64,000 nt of DNA, from positions 1-64,000 of the forward strand of contig MU006016.1 of NCBI GenBank assembly GCA_010093745.1, in the 5' to 3' direction. The number at the start of each line of letters is the position of its first letter. Positions within the stretch are counted from its first letter, which is position 1. Source of the DNA: Piedraia hortae CBS 480.64 (taxonomy: Eukaryota). Made by a program: the position numbers and the translations under genes. The notes beneath the pieces are model-generated. The model searched no databases, was not told the DNA's origin, and worked only from the letters and a program-made list of their open reading frames with translations. Below are positions 24,626 to 35,356 of the stretch, piece after piece.

Positions 24626-26352
24626 TTATTGCGAATCTTGCTGCATGTGGCTTGGCAAATTATAGCTAGCATAGTCTAGGTGAACAAAAGCGCGGTCAAC
24701 TGCTCTTTGTCAATACAGAATTCAGTCAAGGTGATTGTAATGAACTTACCATTTGGAACGCTTTCAAGCACGTATTGCAGGCTCTCGCCCAAGTCATGGC
24801 TATCCCTCAGACTCGTCTGCTCGTCCAGAACTAAGTCAACCTCCACGATGAGCTTATCGCCAGAGTGATATGCCTGCAACCCTTGTATTTGCTTTATCGT
24901 TTTTGCGAATCTCATTGTCAAGTAGAGCAACACATTCCTTTCATCAGCGCTGGCAGCACGGCCTGTCAGGTTTCGAATGTGCTCGCTGCTGGTTCTGGCC
25001 CAGTTGATGATGACATAGAAGGACAGCAGGACGCCTCCCAAGGGATCCAGCCACCATATATGAGCAAAGGAGCCAATTAGTGGGAAGATGATGGAAAATA
25101 TGTTGAAGACAATGTCGGTCATGGCATCCTGAGCCAACGCTTGGACGGAGCTGTTCTTGACGAGACGACACCATAGCCAGCAAAAGAATTTAATGACCAC
25201 CGTCGAGCCCATAATGGCTATTGATGGGATAGTTAGCTTGACGACTGTGTGGTCATCCCCAAGAAGCTTCTGAATGCCGTCAAGGGCGACCTGTACAAAG
25301 GCAGTAATCATCACAACAGAAAAAATAAGCACGCCAACAGGTTCCAGTCGCCGACGGCCGACAGGATACGCATACTTGTCTATCCGTGACATCAGAAACG
25401 TTGACAAGCCAATGATTGCCGTGGAGAGAAAGTCTAATGCAGCATCGACCAGCGACGCATACACCGAGACGGAAGATGTGAGGGCGGCCACCACGGCCTT
25501 CAAAATTAATAAGATTACGTTGGCTGTGAAGTTGATGGCGATGGCAAGATTCACGATACGCGAGCCCGAGCTATCATCATCCACATTAAGCTCGGGCGGC
25601 ATGATCTGCTGCTCAACGTCACCACCATTTGCCGGCTTCTTAAGCAAAGGCGTTGATTCGTCGGTGTTGCCATCTTTGTGACGGTAGATATTGTTTGGTG
25701 TGCGCTTGACGCGTGGGGTGCTGCCGTTGTCGCCATTAGAATTTTCAGACTGGCCATCCAACGGCGAGAGACTTGACGTGGGCTCCTCTGTGATTGTTGC
25801 GGGAATGTTTGCTTGGCCAGACAGCGAATTGACCCCGGTATGTTGATACTCCTGAATCAGGTTGTGCGGAAGACTACTGTCCAAAAGGGAGTCGATGTAC
25901 AGATAATGTTGTATCAGCGAGTTCACACGGGTGTAATACTCCCGTATGGGCTTTTTCATCTTCTTCAACTGCTCATCAGACTTCCAATACTGCTCCCAGC
26001 GATATCTGGGGTTACTGTTGCCAATCAATCGTTGGCTTCGCATCTCTGGCGTGTTCAGAATACTGGCGGCAGGGCTTCTAAACCTGTCGTCCCAGTTTTC
26101 ATCGTGGCGAATTTGTGGTGGATCAACATGATGAGCCCGCTCACCTTCTCGGCCGGTGGTGGAGTCTACGCTGTTGCTCTTCCCTGGAGACTGACGGTGA
26201 CGTGGAATGCCTGAGGTGGAATTGGAGCGCAACGCTATCAAACCCGGTAGAGTCTTGCCTCGTGACGTTACAGAATCCTCGGAAGATTGCGCAGGTTCTC
26301 TAAGCGTCAATGTGCGATGCAAGCGCGGTGGGGAAGTCCCTGGCTCGCTCAT
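24626..26352 (-). CDS. Cation diffusion facilitator (Mn-CDF/MTP-like metal transporter)
   Basis: SLVDAALD, YPVGRRRLEP, ALAQDAMTD, WLDPLG, HDLGESLQ. A last intron after ESVPN leads to VDRAFVHLDY...DSQ* (stop 24628-24626). Confidence 0.88.
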
Positions 26353-26589
26353 GTCGATCTACGTACTTTACGTATCGTACCACGATGGTTGCAGATGGCC
26401 GACGATTAATGCGGCTGGGAATCCTTAGTGCGGCCGCTAGCGCGACACGTCATCCACGTGGTTTACGTCATCCCAAGATGTGGGGATGATTAGTGATGAT
26501 AGCTTAGTCAGCATATCGGTTATTTTTTACGGCGGCAGTCTCTTCGAGGCTCCTTAGGGATAATCGCGCTCGCTGGGGAGAGTGGTAAT
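26353..26589. promoter_or_regulatory. Short bidirectional promoter shared by the CDF gene and YCF1, with bZIP/bHLH-like sites
   Basis: ACACGTCAT 26445-26453, CACGTG 26455-26460, TTACGTCAT 26463-26471, TTAGTCA 26504-26510, plus ACGT cores at 26361 and 26370. Confidence 0.55.
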
Positions 26590-29500
26590 ATGGCCAATTA
26601 CATTCCCCCTCAGTCCGTCTTCCATGCTTCATCCAGCTTCCCCAACTATCTCAGCGCAACCAGCCAAAAATCTCATTCTTTTTGTGGCAATAGCGAGGGA
26701 TGGGGCCCTTTAAGCCCGTACCGATGGGATTTCACTCCCTGTTTCCTAGATCTCTGGGTAACGGTGACGTCTGCTTGGGGCATTATAGGCGGAGTAGCGG
26801 CGGCGTGGTATCTGCACAAGAAATGCCTGCCACATCCCGTCAAAGAGAATTGGCAATTTTACGCCAAGCTGAGCGTGATGGGCTTCTTGTCTGGAACGAT
26901 AGTTGTTCAAGCTGCACTACAGATAGTCAGCTATCCGGGCGTTTGGTTCGGTGATGTGCGGTTCTGGACGACGATCCTCAACGTAGTCAGCTTGCTCGTG
27001 GTGGGCTACGTACAGTACATCGAGCACTGGCGTTCGCGGGTGCCGAATGGTGTTGTGCTATTCTACTGGCTATTTCTCCTGATTGCTTACGGCGTGAAAC
27101 TGCGATCATTGATTTCACAGCAGCTCTTCCAGTCGCAAACGCCATATTTCATTCTTTTCGCCGTTGGTGTTGGCTTGGCAGCTTTGGAATTTGGACTCGA
27201 ATGGCTGGTCCCAAAAGCACAGCCATCGTATGAAGCTCTTGGCGAGAATGATGAATGTCCAATGGATCGTGCGACCGTGTTCTCACGGCTGACGTTCAGT
27301 TGGATGACGTCCACAATGAAAAAGGGCCACAAACAATATCTCGAACAGGATGATCTTTGGAACCTTCGCAAAAGTGACACAACCCACGATACGTTCGAAG
27401 CTTTTGACCGAGCATGGGAGCGTGAGCTCCAACGGAAGAAACCAAACTTGTGGATTGCAATGTTCCGCGCCTTTGGGGGCCCATACTTTCTTGGCGCTGT
27501 GATCAAGGTTGGCTCTGATGTTCTATCTTTTGTGCAGCCGCAGCTTTTACGCCTCTTGATCGCTTTTGTGGACTCGTATCGCGCGGGTAATAAGCCAGAG
27601 CCTCCTATAAAGGGCGCTGCCATTGCGTTGGCCATGTTTGCTGTTTCCGTAGGGCAGACGGTGTGCCTCCATCAGTATTTTCAGCATGCATTTGAAACCG
27701 GCATGCGTGTGAAGAGCGCCATTACAGCTGCTATTTACCGAAAGAGCCTCCGTCTGAGCAACGAGGGTCGGGCATCAAAGAGCACTGGGGACGTTGTTAA
27801 TTACATGGCTGTAGATTCTCAACGCCTCCAGGACCTGGCCCAATATGGCCAACAGCTGTGGAGTGCTCCTTTTCAAATCACGCTGTGCTTGCTCTCATTG
27901 TACCAACTTCTTGGCCTTAGCATGCTGGCCGGACTGGGTGTAATGTTGTTGATGATTCCCATCAATATTGTGCTGACGAGGATCAGCAAAAAGCTCCAAA
28001 AGACGCAGATGAAGAACAAGGATGCACGTACCCGTCTCATGACAGAAGTGTTGAACAACATGAAGAGCATCAAGCTCCATGCTTGGACAACGGCTTTCAT
28101 GGACAAACTCAACCATATTCGCAATGTCTGCGAGCTGTCCACTCTACGAAAAATTGGTGCCATGACAGCCGTTTCGAATTTTACTTGGAGCACAACGCCT
28201 TTTCTTGTCTCTTGCTGTACCTTTGCCGTCTTCGTTGCCACTCAAAATCGGCCTCTCAGCACTGATATTGTCTTCCCTGCACTCACCCTCTTCAATCTGC
28301 TTACCTTCCCCCTGGCCATGTTGCCTATGATCATTACTTCAATTGTCGAGGCGTCTGTTGCTGTTGAAAGACTGACAAGCTACTTTGTTGCCGCAGAACT
28401 GCAACCTGATGCTGTAGTGCAGCAAAAGAGCGTTGGGCGTGGTGAAGAGAGTGTGCGCATTCGCGATGCCACCTTTGCGTGGAACAAGAACGATGTACGC
28501 AACACGCTTCATGACATCGACTTTAAAGCCTATCAAGGCGAGCTCACTTGTATCATTGGCCGTGTCGCTTCCGGCAAGTCGAGCTTGCTTGGTGCCATGC
28601 TGGGCGATTTGTATAAAATCAGCGGGGAAGTTGTGGTTCGGGGTAAACCTGCCTATGTAGCCTCGATGCCATGGGTCATGAACGCCTCTGTTCGTCAAAA
28701 CATTCTGTTTGGCCACAAGTGGGATCAGCAATTCTACGAGAGGACGATCAAGGCATGTGCGCTGGCTGATGATCTCGCAACGCTACCTGACGGCGACGAG
28801 ACTGAAGTAGGCGAACGGGGCATCAGTCTGTCAGGAGGCCAAAAGGCACGCCTCACTCTAGCCCGTGCTGTGTATGCCCGGGCCGACATCTACCTCCTCG
28901 ACGACGTCCTCAGTGCTGTTGATCAGCATGTTGGCCGCCATCTCATCGACAATGTCATTGGGCCCAGCGGCCTATTGAAGGGCAAGACGCGAATCTTAGC
29001 CACAAACTCAATTCCTGTCTTGATGGAAGCGAACTACATTTGCCTGATGCATGGCGGTCGCATCATCGAACGGGGAACGTTTGCGCAATCCATGGCCATG
29101 AAAGGTGAGATCTCGGGGATTGTACGTTCGGCAAGCTCGGAAGAGCATAGTGAAAGTAGCGCTAGTCAATCGTCAGAGTCGGTTGAAAAGGCCACCGATA
29201 CTGAAAACGAGTCTGAAGAGGCACGAGAGACCATAAAGCCTCTCGATCCACAACGGAAATCAAGTATGGCGTCCCTGCGAAGGGCCTCGACAGCAAGCTT
29301 CAAAGGTCCCAGCGGAAAATTCGGTGATGAGGAAGAAACCAAGACCAAGTTGAAGTCAAAACAGACTAAGGAGTTCTCGGAAAAAGGTCAGGTCAAGCGA
29401 GATGTATACATTGAGTATGCCAAAGAGAGCAATCTGCCGGCCGTCATCGTCTATCTCCTCATGTTGTTAGGAGCTCAAACGGCCCAGGTTGGTGGAAGCG

Positions 29501-31146
29501 TGTGGTTAAAGCGATGGTCAGAAGTGAACAATGAATATGGCGGCAATCCAAGCGTGGGCAAGTACTTGGGAATTTACTTTGCGTTCGGTGTGGGGTCATC
29601 TTTGCTGGTTGTGCTGCAGACGCTCATTCTCTGGATTTTTTGCTCGATCGAAGCGAGTCGGAAACTGCATGAACGCATGGCGTATGCCATATTCCGCTCT
29701 CCAATGAGCTTTTTCGAGACGACCCCAACTGGCAGGATTCTGAACAGGTTCTCGAGTGATATCTACCGCGTTGATGAAGTCCTTGCGCGGGTATTCAACA
29801 TGCTCTTCACCAACTCTGCAAGAGCCCTGTTCACTCTGATTGTGATCTCGGTAACGACACCTGCTTTTGTTGCGCTGATTGTGCCGCTCGGTGCACTTTA
29901 TCTTTGGATTCAAAAGTACTATCTCCGGACGTCGCGAGAGTTGAAGCGTCTGGACAGCGTCAGCCGTAGCCCCATCTATGCACACTTTCAGGAATCGCTG
30001 AATGGTTGCAGCACCATCAGGGCGTATCGGCAAACGCAGCGGTTTGCTCTGGAAAACGAATGGCGAGTGGATGCAAATCTTCGCGCCTATTTCCCATCCA
30101 TCAGCGCAAACCGCTGGCTGGCGGTGCGGCTGGAGTTCATTGGCTCCGTCATTATCCTGGCCGCAGCCGGCTTCGCCATCATGTCCGTTTCGACTGGCAG
30201 TGGCTTGTCGGCTGGAATGGTGGGTTTGGCAATGAGTTATGCGTTGCAAATCACGCAGTCTCTCAACTGGATTGTGCGTCAGACGGTAGAGGTCGAGACG
30301 AACATTGTGTCGGTAGAACGAGTGCTGGAGTACGCACGGCTGCCGAGTGAGGCGCCTGCAATCATTTCCAAGCATCGGCCGCCGGTCAGCTGGCCGTCTC
30401 GAGGTGCTGTAACCTTTGAAGGTTATAGTGGCCGATACCGTCCTGAACTGGACTTGGTCCTCAAGAACGTCAGCCTCGACATTCAATCGCACGAGAAGAT
30501 TGGTGTTGTAGGCAGGACTGGGGCGGGCAAGAGCTCGCTCACTCTCGCCTTGTTCCGCATCATCGAGCCCGCTATGGGACATATCACGATTGATAAGCTG
30601 AACACCAGCACCATTGGTCTTATGGACCTCCGTCGGCGCCTTGCCATCATCCCGCAAGATGCAGCGCTTTTCGAGGGCACTGTGCGGGATAATCTTGATC
30701 CCGGGAATGATCACGAGGACACTGAGCTGTGGACTGCGCTGGAAAATGCTCGTCTGCGCGATTACGTAGCCTCGCTGCCCGACGGTCTTCAGTCACCAAT
30801 CCATGAAAGTGGCTCCAACCTCAGCCACGGCCAGCGACAGCTGATCTCGTTAGCCCGCGCACTATTGACGCCAAGTAATATTTTGGTGCTAGACGAGGCT
30901 ACAGCTGCCGTGGATGTGCAAACGGATGCCCTTCTTCAAGCAACTCTCCGAAGTGATATGTTCCGTCATCGTACCATCATCACAATCGCCCATCGCATCA
31001 ATACAATCCTAGACAGCGATCGAATTGTGGTGTTGGACAAGGGTGAGGTGAAGGAATTCGACACGCCTGCACGCCTAGTGGAGCAAAAAGGCTTGTTCTA
31101 CGAACTGGTGCGTGAAGCCGGCTTACTGGGAACCATGACAAAATAA
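26590..31146 (+). CDS. YCF1: ABCC vacuolar glutathione S-conjugate/metal resistance transporter Ycf1
   Basis: Intronless 1518-aa ORF. N-terminal CGNSEGWGP...DFTPCF TMD0, linker LRRASTASF, two NBDs (LSGGQKARL, GRTGAGKS). Confidence 0.92.
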   Translation: MANYIPPQSVFHASSSFPNYLSATSQKSHSFCGNSEGWGPLSPYRWDFTPCFLDLWVTVTSAWGIIGGVAAAWYLHKKCLPHPVKENWQFYAKLSVMGFLSGTIVVQAALQIVSYPGVWFGDVRFWTTILNVVSLLVVGYVQYIEHWRSRVPNGVVLFYWLFLLIAYGVKLRSLISQQLFQSQTPYFILFAVGVGLAALEFGLEWLVPKAQPSYEALGENDECPMDRATVFSRLTFSWMTSTMKKGHKQYLEQDDLWNLRKSDTTHDTFEAFDRAWERELQRKKPNLWIAMFRAFGGPYFLGAVIKVGSDVLSFVQPQLLRLLIAFVDSYRAGNKPEPPIKGAAIALAMFAVSVGQTVCLHQYFQHAFETGMRVKSAITAAIYRKSLRLSNEGRASKSTGDVVNYMAVDSQRLQDLAQYGQQLWSAPFQITLCLLSLYQLLGLSMLAGLGVMLLMIPINIVLTRISKKLQKTQMKNKDARTRLMTEVLNNMKSIKLHAWTTAFMDKLNHIRNVCELSTLRKIGAMTAVSNFTWSTTPFLVSCCTFAVFVATQNRPLSTDIVFPALTLFNLLTFPLAMLPMIITSIVEASVAVERLTSYFVAAELQPDAVVQQKSVGRGEESVRIRDATFAWNKNDVRNTLHDIDFKAYQGELTCIIGRVASGKSSLLGAMLGDLYKISGEVVVRGKPAYVASMPWVMNASVRQNILFGHKWDQQFYERTIKACALADDLATLPDGDETEVGERGISLSGGQKARLTLARAVYARADIYLLDDVLSAVDQHVGRHLIDNVIGPSGLLKGKTRILATNSIPVLMEANYICLMHGGRIIERGTFAQSMAMKGEISGIVRSASSEEHSESSASQSSESVEKATDTENESEEARETIKPLDPQRKSSMASLRRASTASFKGPSGKFGDEEETKTKLKSKQTKEFSEKGQVKRDVYIEYAKESNLPAVIVYLLMLLGAQTAQVGGSVWLKRWSEVNNEYGGNPSVGKYLGIYFAFGVGSSLLVVLQTLILWIFCSIEASRKLHERMAYAIFRSPMSFFETTPTGRILNRFSSDIYRVDEVLARVFNMLFTNSARALFTLIVISVTTPAFVALIVPLGALYLWIQKYYLRTSRELKRLDSVSRSPIYAHFQESLNGCSTIRAYRQTQRFALENEWRVDANLRAYFPSISANRWLAVRLEFIGSVIILAAAGFAIMSVSTGSGLSAGMVGLAMSYALQITQSLNWIVRQTVEVETNIVSVERVLEYARLPSEAPAIISKHRPPVSWPSRGAVTFEGYSGRYRPELDLVLKNVSLDIQSHEKIGVVGRTGAGKSSLTLALFRIIEPAMGHITIDKLNTSTIGLMDLRRRLAIIPQDAALFEGTVRDNLDPGNDHEDTELWTALENARLRDYVASLPDGLQSPIHESGSNLSHGQRQLISLARALLTPSNILVLDEATAAVDVQTDALLQATLRSDMFRHRTIITIAHRINTILDSDRIVVLDKGEVKEFDTPARLVEQKGLFYELVREAGLLGTMTK

Positions 31147-31459
31147 TCGTAAGTGTTCAATCGGATGATGCCTACCATAAAAGCCAAACCACGTAGCGAG
31201 GGGTTGAAGATTTGACGCCTCGCTATATGGATCGGTTCGATATACGTCATCCGACCGAACTGGTATGTTTGTGTGTGTTTTTGCTGTACTTTAGCACTAG
31301 ATGAGACTGTTTTACCTGTACCGCATACTGTGAACCAGTGTTGCCATTGCAAGTAGTTGTGATCGTTGCTGTATCTCGATGATTGCGCTGGATAAATGTT
31401 CAAGACACTTTGGACAGACTTCTTAGTAGGATATATTCATTACTTATACTCAAGTCATC

Positions 31460-31578
31460 ACTTACGGCCATAGGTTGCAGAGAACAGAGGATCCCGTCTG
31501 CTCTCCTGAACTTAAGCTGCAAACCGGTGGATTAGTACTACGGTGGGTGACCACGTGGGAATCCCCGCTGCTGTAAGT
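31460..31578 (+). rRNA. 5S rRNA gene (dispersed copy)
   Basis: 119 nt. Helix I ACUUACGGC/GCUGUAAGU pairs fully. Conserved GATCCCGTCTGCTC, TTAAGC, TTAGTACTA..GTGGGTGACCAC.TGGGAA. T-run follows and ATATA lies at about -29. Confidence 0.95.
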
Positions 31579-31585
31579 TTTTTTT
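31578..31585 (+). terminator. RNA polymerase III oligo-T terminator of the 5S gene
   Basis: T8 run directly at the 5S 3' end. Confidence 0.85.
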
Positions 31586-31764
31586 AAGCCGTTGTGCTGA
31601 GTCTGCTATGATTGAAGCCTGCCCATTCCTATTCGAAAATCCAACGGCGAGTACGCTCACAAGCAAAACTCCCATCATTACCAATACCCCACACAAGAAA
31701 TTCTATGTACTCCCGGCTCCTCGCCACAAGGGCATAATACCCATGTTAAAAATCACCGCCAACT

Positions 31765-34482
31765 CTATGTAGGCGGCTCAACCCCCCAAGCTTTCCATAT
31801 GAAATACATTGATCTTCGGGCAGTAGGGCGAGGCGAATTGGATCCCTTGGGGTTTCTAAAACCGAGATAGGCGGATTTGCGTAGGAGTTCGGCGTCGGGG
31901 TCCGGGTCTGGTTCGGGTTCCACCCGCCTCTCGGTTGATGGGGCACGGGTACGAATCGAAAGTCCTTGTAATGAGGACAGGGAATGTTTTGGTGATGGAG
32001 GGCATTCTGGTGGGGTAGGGGGTCCTGGTGGTGGAGGATAGGGTTGGATGTCATTACTTCGTTGACGTTTTACCACTGGTTGAGGCTGGTCGTGATGAGT
32101 GGCAGAACGCTTCATGCCTGCTACCGGTTCGGTTCGATTGGCTATGACTGGCTTTTTGCACTCGGTCAATACCTCTGGGGAAGATGTATTTTGTGTGTCG
32201 GTTTGTCTTGCCCTGGACTCTCTCAGTCGCCTCAACTGATTTTCGCGATACTGAGAGGTGCGTCTTCTACGTTTCCGTCTTCGAGCCTTAACCCTCCAGA
32301 GTGTGACGTATTTCTGAGCTAGATGCAGAATGCGATGCTGCTGGGCTAAGACTTCTGCCTTTTCCATCCCAACTTGCTGATTTATCTCGAGAATGTGCTG
32401 CTGCACAGTAAACTCAATGAATTGATCAAGCCAACCTTGACGAACACCAGGTTGCGTCTCCGTCAGTTCGCGGGCTATTCTCATAAGGGTATCATTAAAC
32501 GAGGGTGCGTCAGGCTTTATTTTAGGGGGGTCTTGAATGGATGTCGTAGGCCTCGAGAGGCCAAGCCCTTTGGGTTCTGACTTCAGGAGTTCTGGCTTCT
32601 GAGACTCTGATCTGGGTGCTTCGAATTTGAAAAGGTCTAGCTTGGGAGGGTCAAATTTCAAGAGTCCCAGCTTGGGCGGCTCTGGCTCCGGGATGTTTGG
32701 CTTGAAAATGCCCGGCTTGAAGGGCTCCACTTTAAAGATTGCGGGCTTAGGAGACGCTGCATTAGAGGTCTCAGTGACAAGTCCTTTCTGCGGCAAGAAT
32801 GTGGGCATCTGTGGCTCCACAGGCGTGTCATCCTGGTACATGAAAGGGCGCGGCGTCTGGAAGCTCGCCTCGGGGCTAAAAATGTAGCGTCTGGGCGTTG
32901 GAAGCTCAGGCGAAGGAAGTTTTGGTCCATCGACTGGCATAAATAGCGATGATTCATCTTCGGACTCGATATCTTCCGCCACTTCAACCTCTGCCTTTCT
33001 CTCCACCTCCACTGCGTGGTTTCTCGGCGTCTCTGGAGGCGCTGCGGAGCCGAGGCCCCTGATGGCATCCGTGGTAGAGAGCCCAAGCCGCTTCCGCTCG
33101 ACCAGCTCGCTTCTCCACTGCTGCGACAGGCTGGCAAATGGAGACGGAAAGTACTTTCCGGACACCGAAGTTAGATCCAGATACTCTACGCCGCTCTCAG
33201 ATGTTGCAAAGTGAAACTGGTAGGCCCCGCAGAAGGTCCGGACCTGCTCTGGAGTGTCCAGCCTCAGGCGGCGGAGAAGAACAGGGATCGTCCAGTCTTC
33301 AGGGGATTTCTTGGGACGCGCCCTGAAAGCCACCCAGATCGCATTCAATGCAGTGCGCCGGATGAGCTGAAAGTGCACTTCGGCGGCACAAGCCATGGTA
33401 AAGGTAGTTTTGGACGACTCCAGCAGCCTCCAAGCACGCTCAAAGTCCTGCTGGGCGATTGGATGTGGCTCAGTCGGCTGAAAGGGGCCGTGGGAGTCCA
33501 TTGTGTTGTATATAGCGGCATAAATGTCCAGCGCAACGCGGACGCGTGGGTCAGACAGTACATGCAGTGGCCACGTTTGCACCTTGTACTCCAGATCGGT
33601 TATAGGTGCTCGCAGCTGGAAAAGAATGGAGTAGGCGCGGAATTCGGGCTCGTGGGGGAAATCGATGTGATGGCTGTGGTCCGAATAGTACTGGAACAGC
33701 GACAGCAGCGTAAACTCCAGCTGGTCGCGCTCTTGCTGTGCGTTGTACTGCTCATATGCCTGCGGAGTAGCCGCCAGTTCGTGCAGGGCCATAATGTGGA
33801 ACCGCGCAATGCGCTCAAAACAATCGACGGCAATGCGCACATGGTCTGGCTTGGCGATTTGCTGGATGGAGAAATCGTTGCGAATAGCGCGCGTGCGATC
33901 CCATACGAAGTGATGCACCTTGTCCAGCGGCTGTCGCGCCACGATTTCATCAAATAGGTAGTCGCATGTCCGCTGTAGCACCGCTGGTGGCCGTAGATCT
34001 GATGGAAGTTGCTCCTCCATGCCAGCTGCCGCCCGCCGGAACTTCTTTACCATGCGCCGCTCGTCCGGCTCACGGTTGGGGCCCATTTCTTCGCGCCACA
34101 CGTCCTTCTGTACCGCCCGCTCCACTCGCTCGTACTCAGCACACATGTCCTGACATGTTCCGACCAGCGTGATGGCGTCGGCGAGCCGTCGCGGCTTGTC
34201 CGGATCCTCCATCAGCCCGCGGTTGATAAAGTCTTGTCTCGCCGCCTTGCGCTCCGTCTGCATGCGGTCGAACCGCGCCGCTAGACCCTCCGGGCTCTTC
34301 TCCGCTGTTGTCACCGGAGCGACGTGGTTGTTGGCTCCGCCCCGCTGTCCGCCGACACCTGTTCCGCCGCGACCGCCTCTGGTAGACTCTCGTTGGCCTC
34401 TGCCCCTTAATCCATCGCGTCCCCGGCCTCTCTGGCCGCCTCTGTGCCCATCTCCACCTCCGCCCCGTCGACCCGAAGACAT
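31765..34482 (-). CDS. SAC3: SAC3/GANP-family mRNA export factor (TREX-2)
   Basis: RGG-rich N-terminus, LVGTCQDMCAEYER, MVKKFRRAAAG, DLRPPAVL, FVWDRTRAIRNDF, ERIARFHI, EFRAY. Confidence 0.88.
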   Translation of the reverse strand: MSSGRRGGGGDGHRGGQRGRGRDGLRGRGQRESTRGGRGGTGVGGQRGGANNHVAPVTTAEKSPEGLAARFDRMQTERKAARQDFINRGLMEDPDKPRRLADAITLVGTCQDMCAEYERVERAVQKDVWREEMGPNREPDERRMVKKFRRAAAGMEEQLPSDLRPPAVLQRTCDYLFDEIVARQPLDKVHHFVWDRTRAIRNDFSIQQIAKPDHVRIAVDCFERIARFHIMALHELAATPQAYEQYNAQQERDQLEFTLLSLFQYYSDHSHHIDFPHEPEFRAYSILFQLRAPITDLEYKVQTWPLHVLSDPRVRVALDIYAAIYNTMDSHGPFQPTEPHPIAQQDFERAWRLLESSKTTFTMACAAEVHFQLIRRTALNAIWVAFRARPKKSPEDWTIPVLLRRLRLDTPEQVRTFCGAYQFHFATSESGVEYLDLTSVSGKYFPSPFASLSQQWRSELVERKRLGLSTTDAIRGLGSAAPPETPRNHAVEVERKAEVEVAEDIESEDESSLFMPVDGPKLPSPELPTPRRYIFSPEASFQTPRPFMYQDDTPVEPQMPTFLPQKGLVTETSNAASPKPAIFKVEPFKPGIFKPNIPEPEPPKLGLLKFDPPKLDLFKFEAPRSESQKPELLKSEPKGLGLSRPTTSIQDPPKIKPDAPSFNDTLMRIARELTETQPGVRQGWLDQFIEFTVQQHILEINQQVGMEKAEVLAQQHRILHLAQKYVTLWRVKARRRKRRRRTSQYRENQLRRLRESRARQTDTQNTSSPEVLTECKKPVIANRTEPVAGMKRSATHHDQPQPVVKRQRSNDIQPYPPPPGPPTPPECPPSPKHSLSSLQGLSIRTRAPSTERRVEPEPDPDPDAELLRKSAYLGFRNPKGSNSPRPTARRSMYFIWKAWGVEPPT

Positions 34483-35149
34483 GACGGTGTGTGGATGACA
34501 ATGTTGCCGATGAATTGCTCAGCAATGCTTGACAAAATGCTGGGTGGGTCGATGGTGTCGTATCCGGATGCGGGGTGGAGCTCAAACAATGGAGCGTGGG
34601 CGTCGTGTCAAGTTTACTTACCCACCACTCCCACCTCCAAGTGAACTGTCATCGTCTTCTTGTCAGCTCCCATCGGGTGTTGTTGATGGTCGCAATGGGG
34701 AAACCGTTTGGCTACACCTCTTTCGGTCTAGCGAAACAGGGATCTTTATGTGCGACTCTGTAAGATGACATCAGGACCGACTTTTCGGAGATATTAGTGG
34801 ACTGTTATGGCGAAATTCGTTATAGAATGAGACCTCGAGGTCAGGTAATAACAGCTCGAATTGATACAATAAGCTCATTCAGGCATTTGGTATTGCTGAT
34901 GTAGAGCGGGATGTGAACGGGCTTGGCACGGTGCCAAGCCTGAGTCCAATGCACCCCCATGGCTCCACCATAATCGCTTGAAACAACTGAGCATTTTTCT
35001 CTTCACCTTGATACATGAACGCATGGAACACTTTCCTTCACGAAGCAGAGTATTGGCCATCTCAGGCTTATGTAATCAATACTACTGAGCGGAACATTTC
35101 CGGCTTCTGCAACGACCTCTCCTCTACCGCAAACCTCCTCCACATCCAC

Positions 35150-35356
35150 ATGGCCGGACCACACAATCATCCGATACACGTCCACCCGGCACGACCATTT
35201 TACCGCTTTGCGGCGACGGGACTTGGCGCAATGATGTGGTTTTTCGTATGTTGCCTTGTCTTGGCGAAGCATGACTAACGCCTGCGTTAGCTTTTCTATC
35301 GCGCACGATATGATGGACCTGCACTGCTCGGACTGAAACATCCCTGGGATCATTAA
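35150..35356 (+). CDS. Complex I accessory subunit NDUFB2 (AGGG)-like, 53 aa
   Basis: MAGPHNHP...YRFAATGLGAMMWFF, 45-nt intron 35246-35290, LFYRARYDGPALLGLKHPWDH*. Confidence 0.85.

Noticed and set aside
29596..30714. 372-aa minus-strand ORF
   Set aside because: Fully antisense to YCF1, non-ATG start and no recognisable motifs. Treated as a shadow frame.
33211..33957. 248-aa plus-strand ORF
   Set aside because: Antisense shadow of the conserved SAC3 domain.
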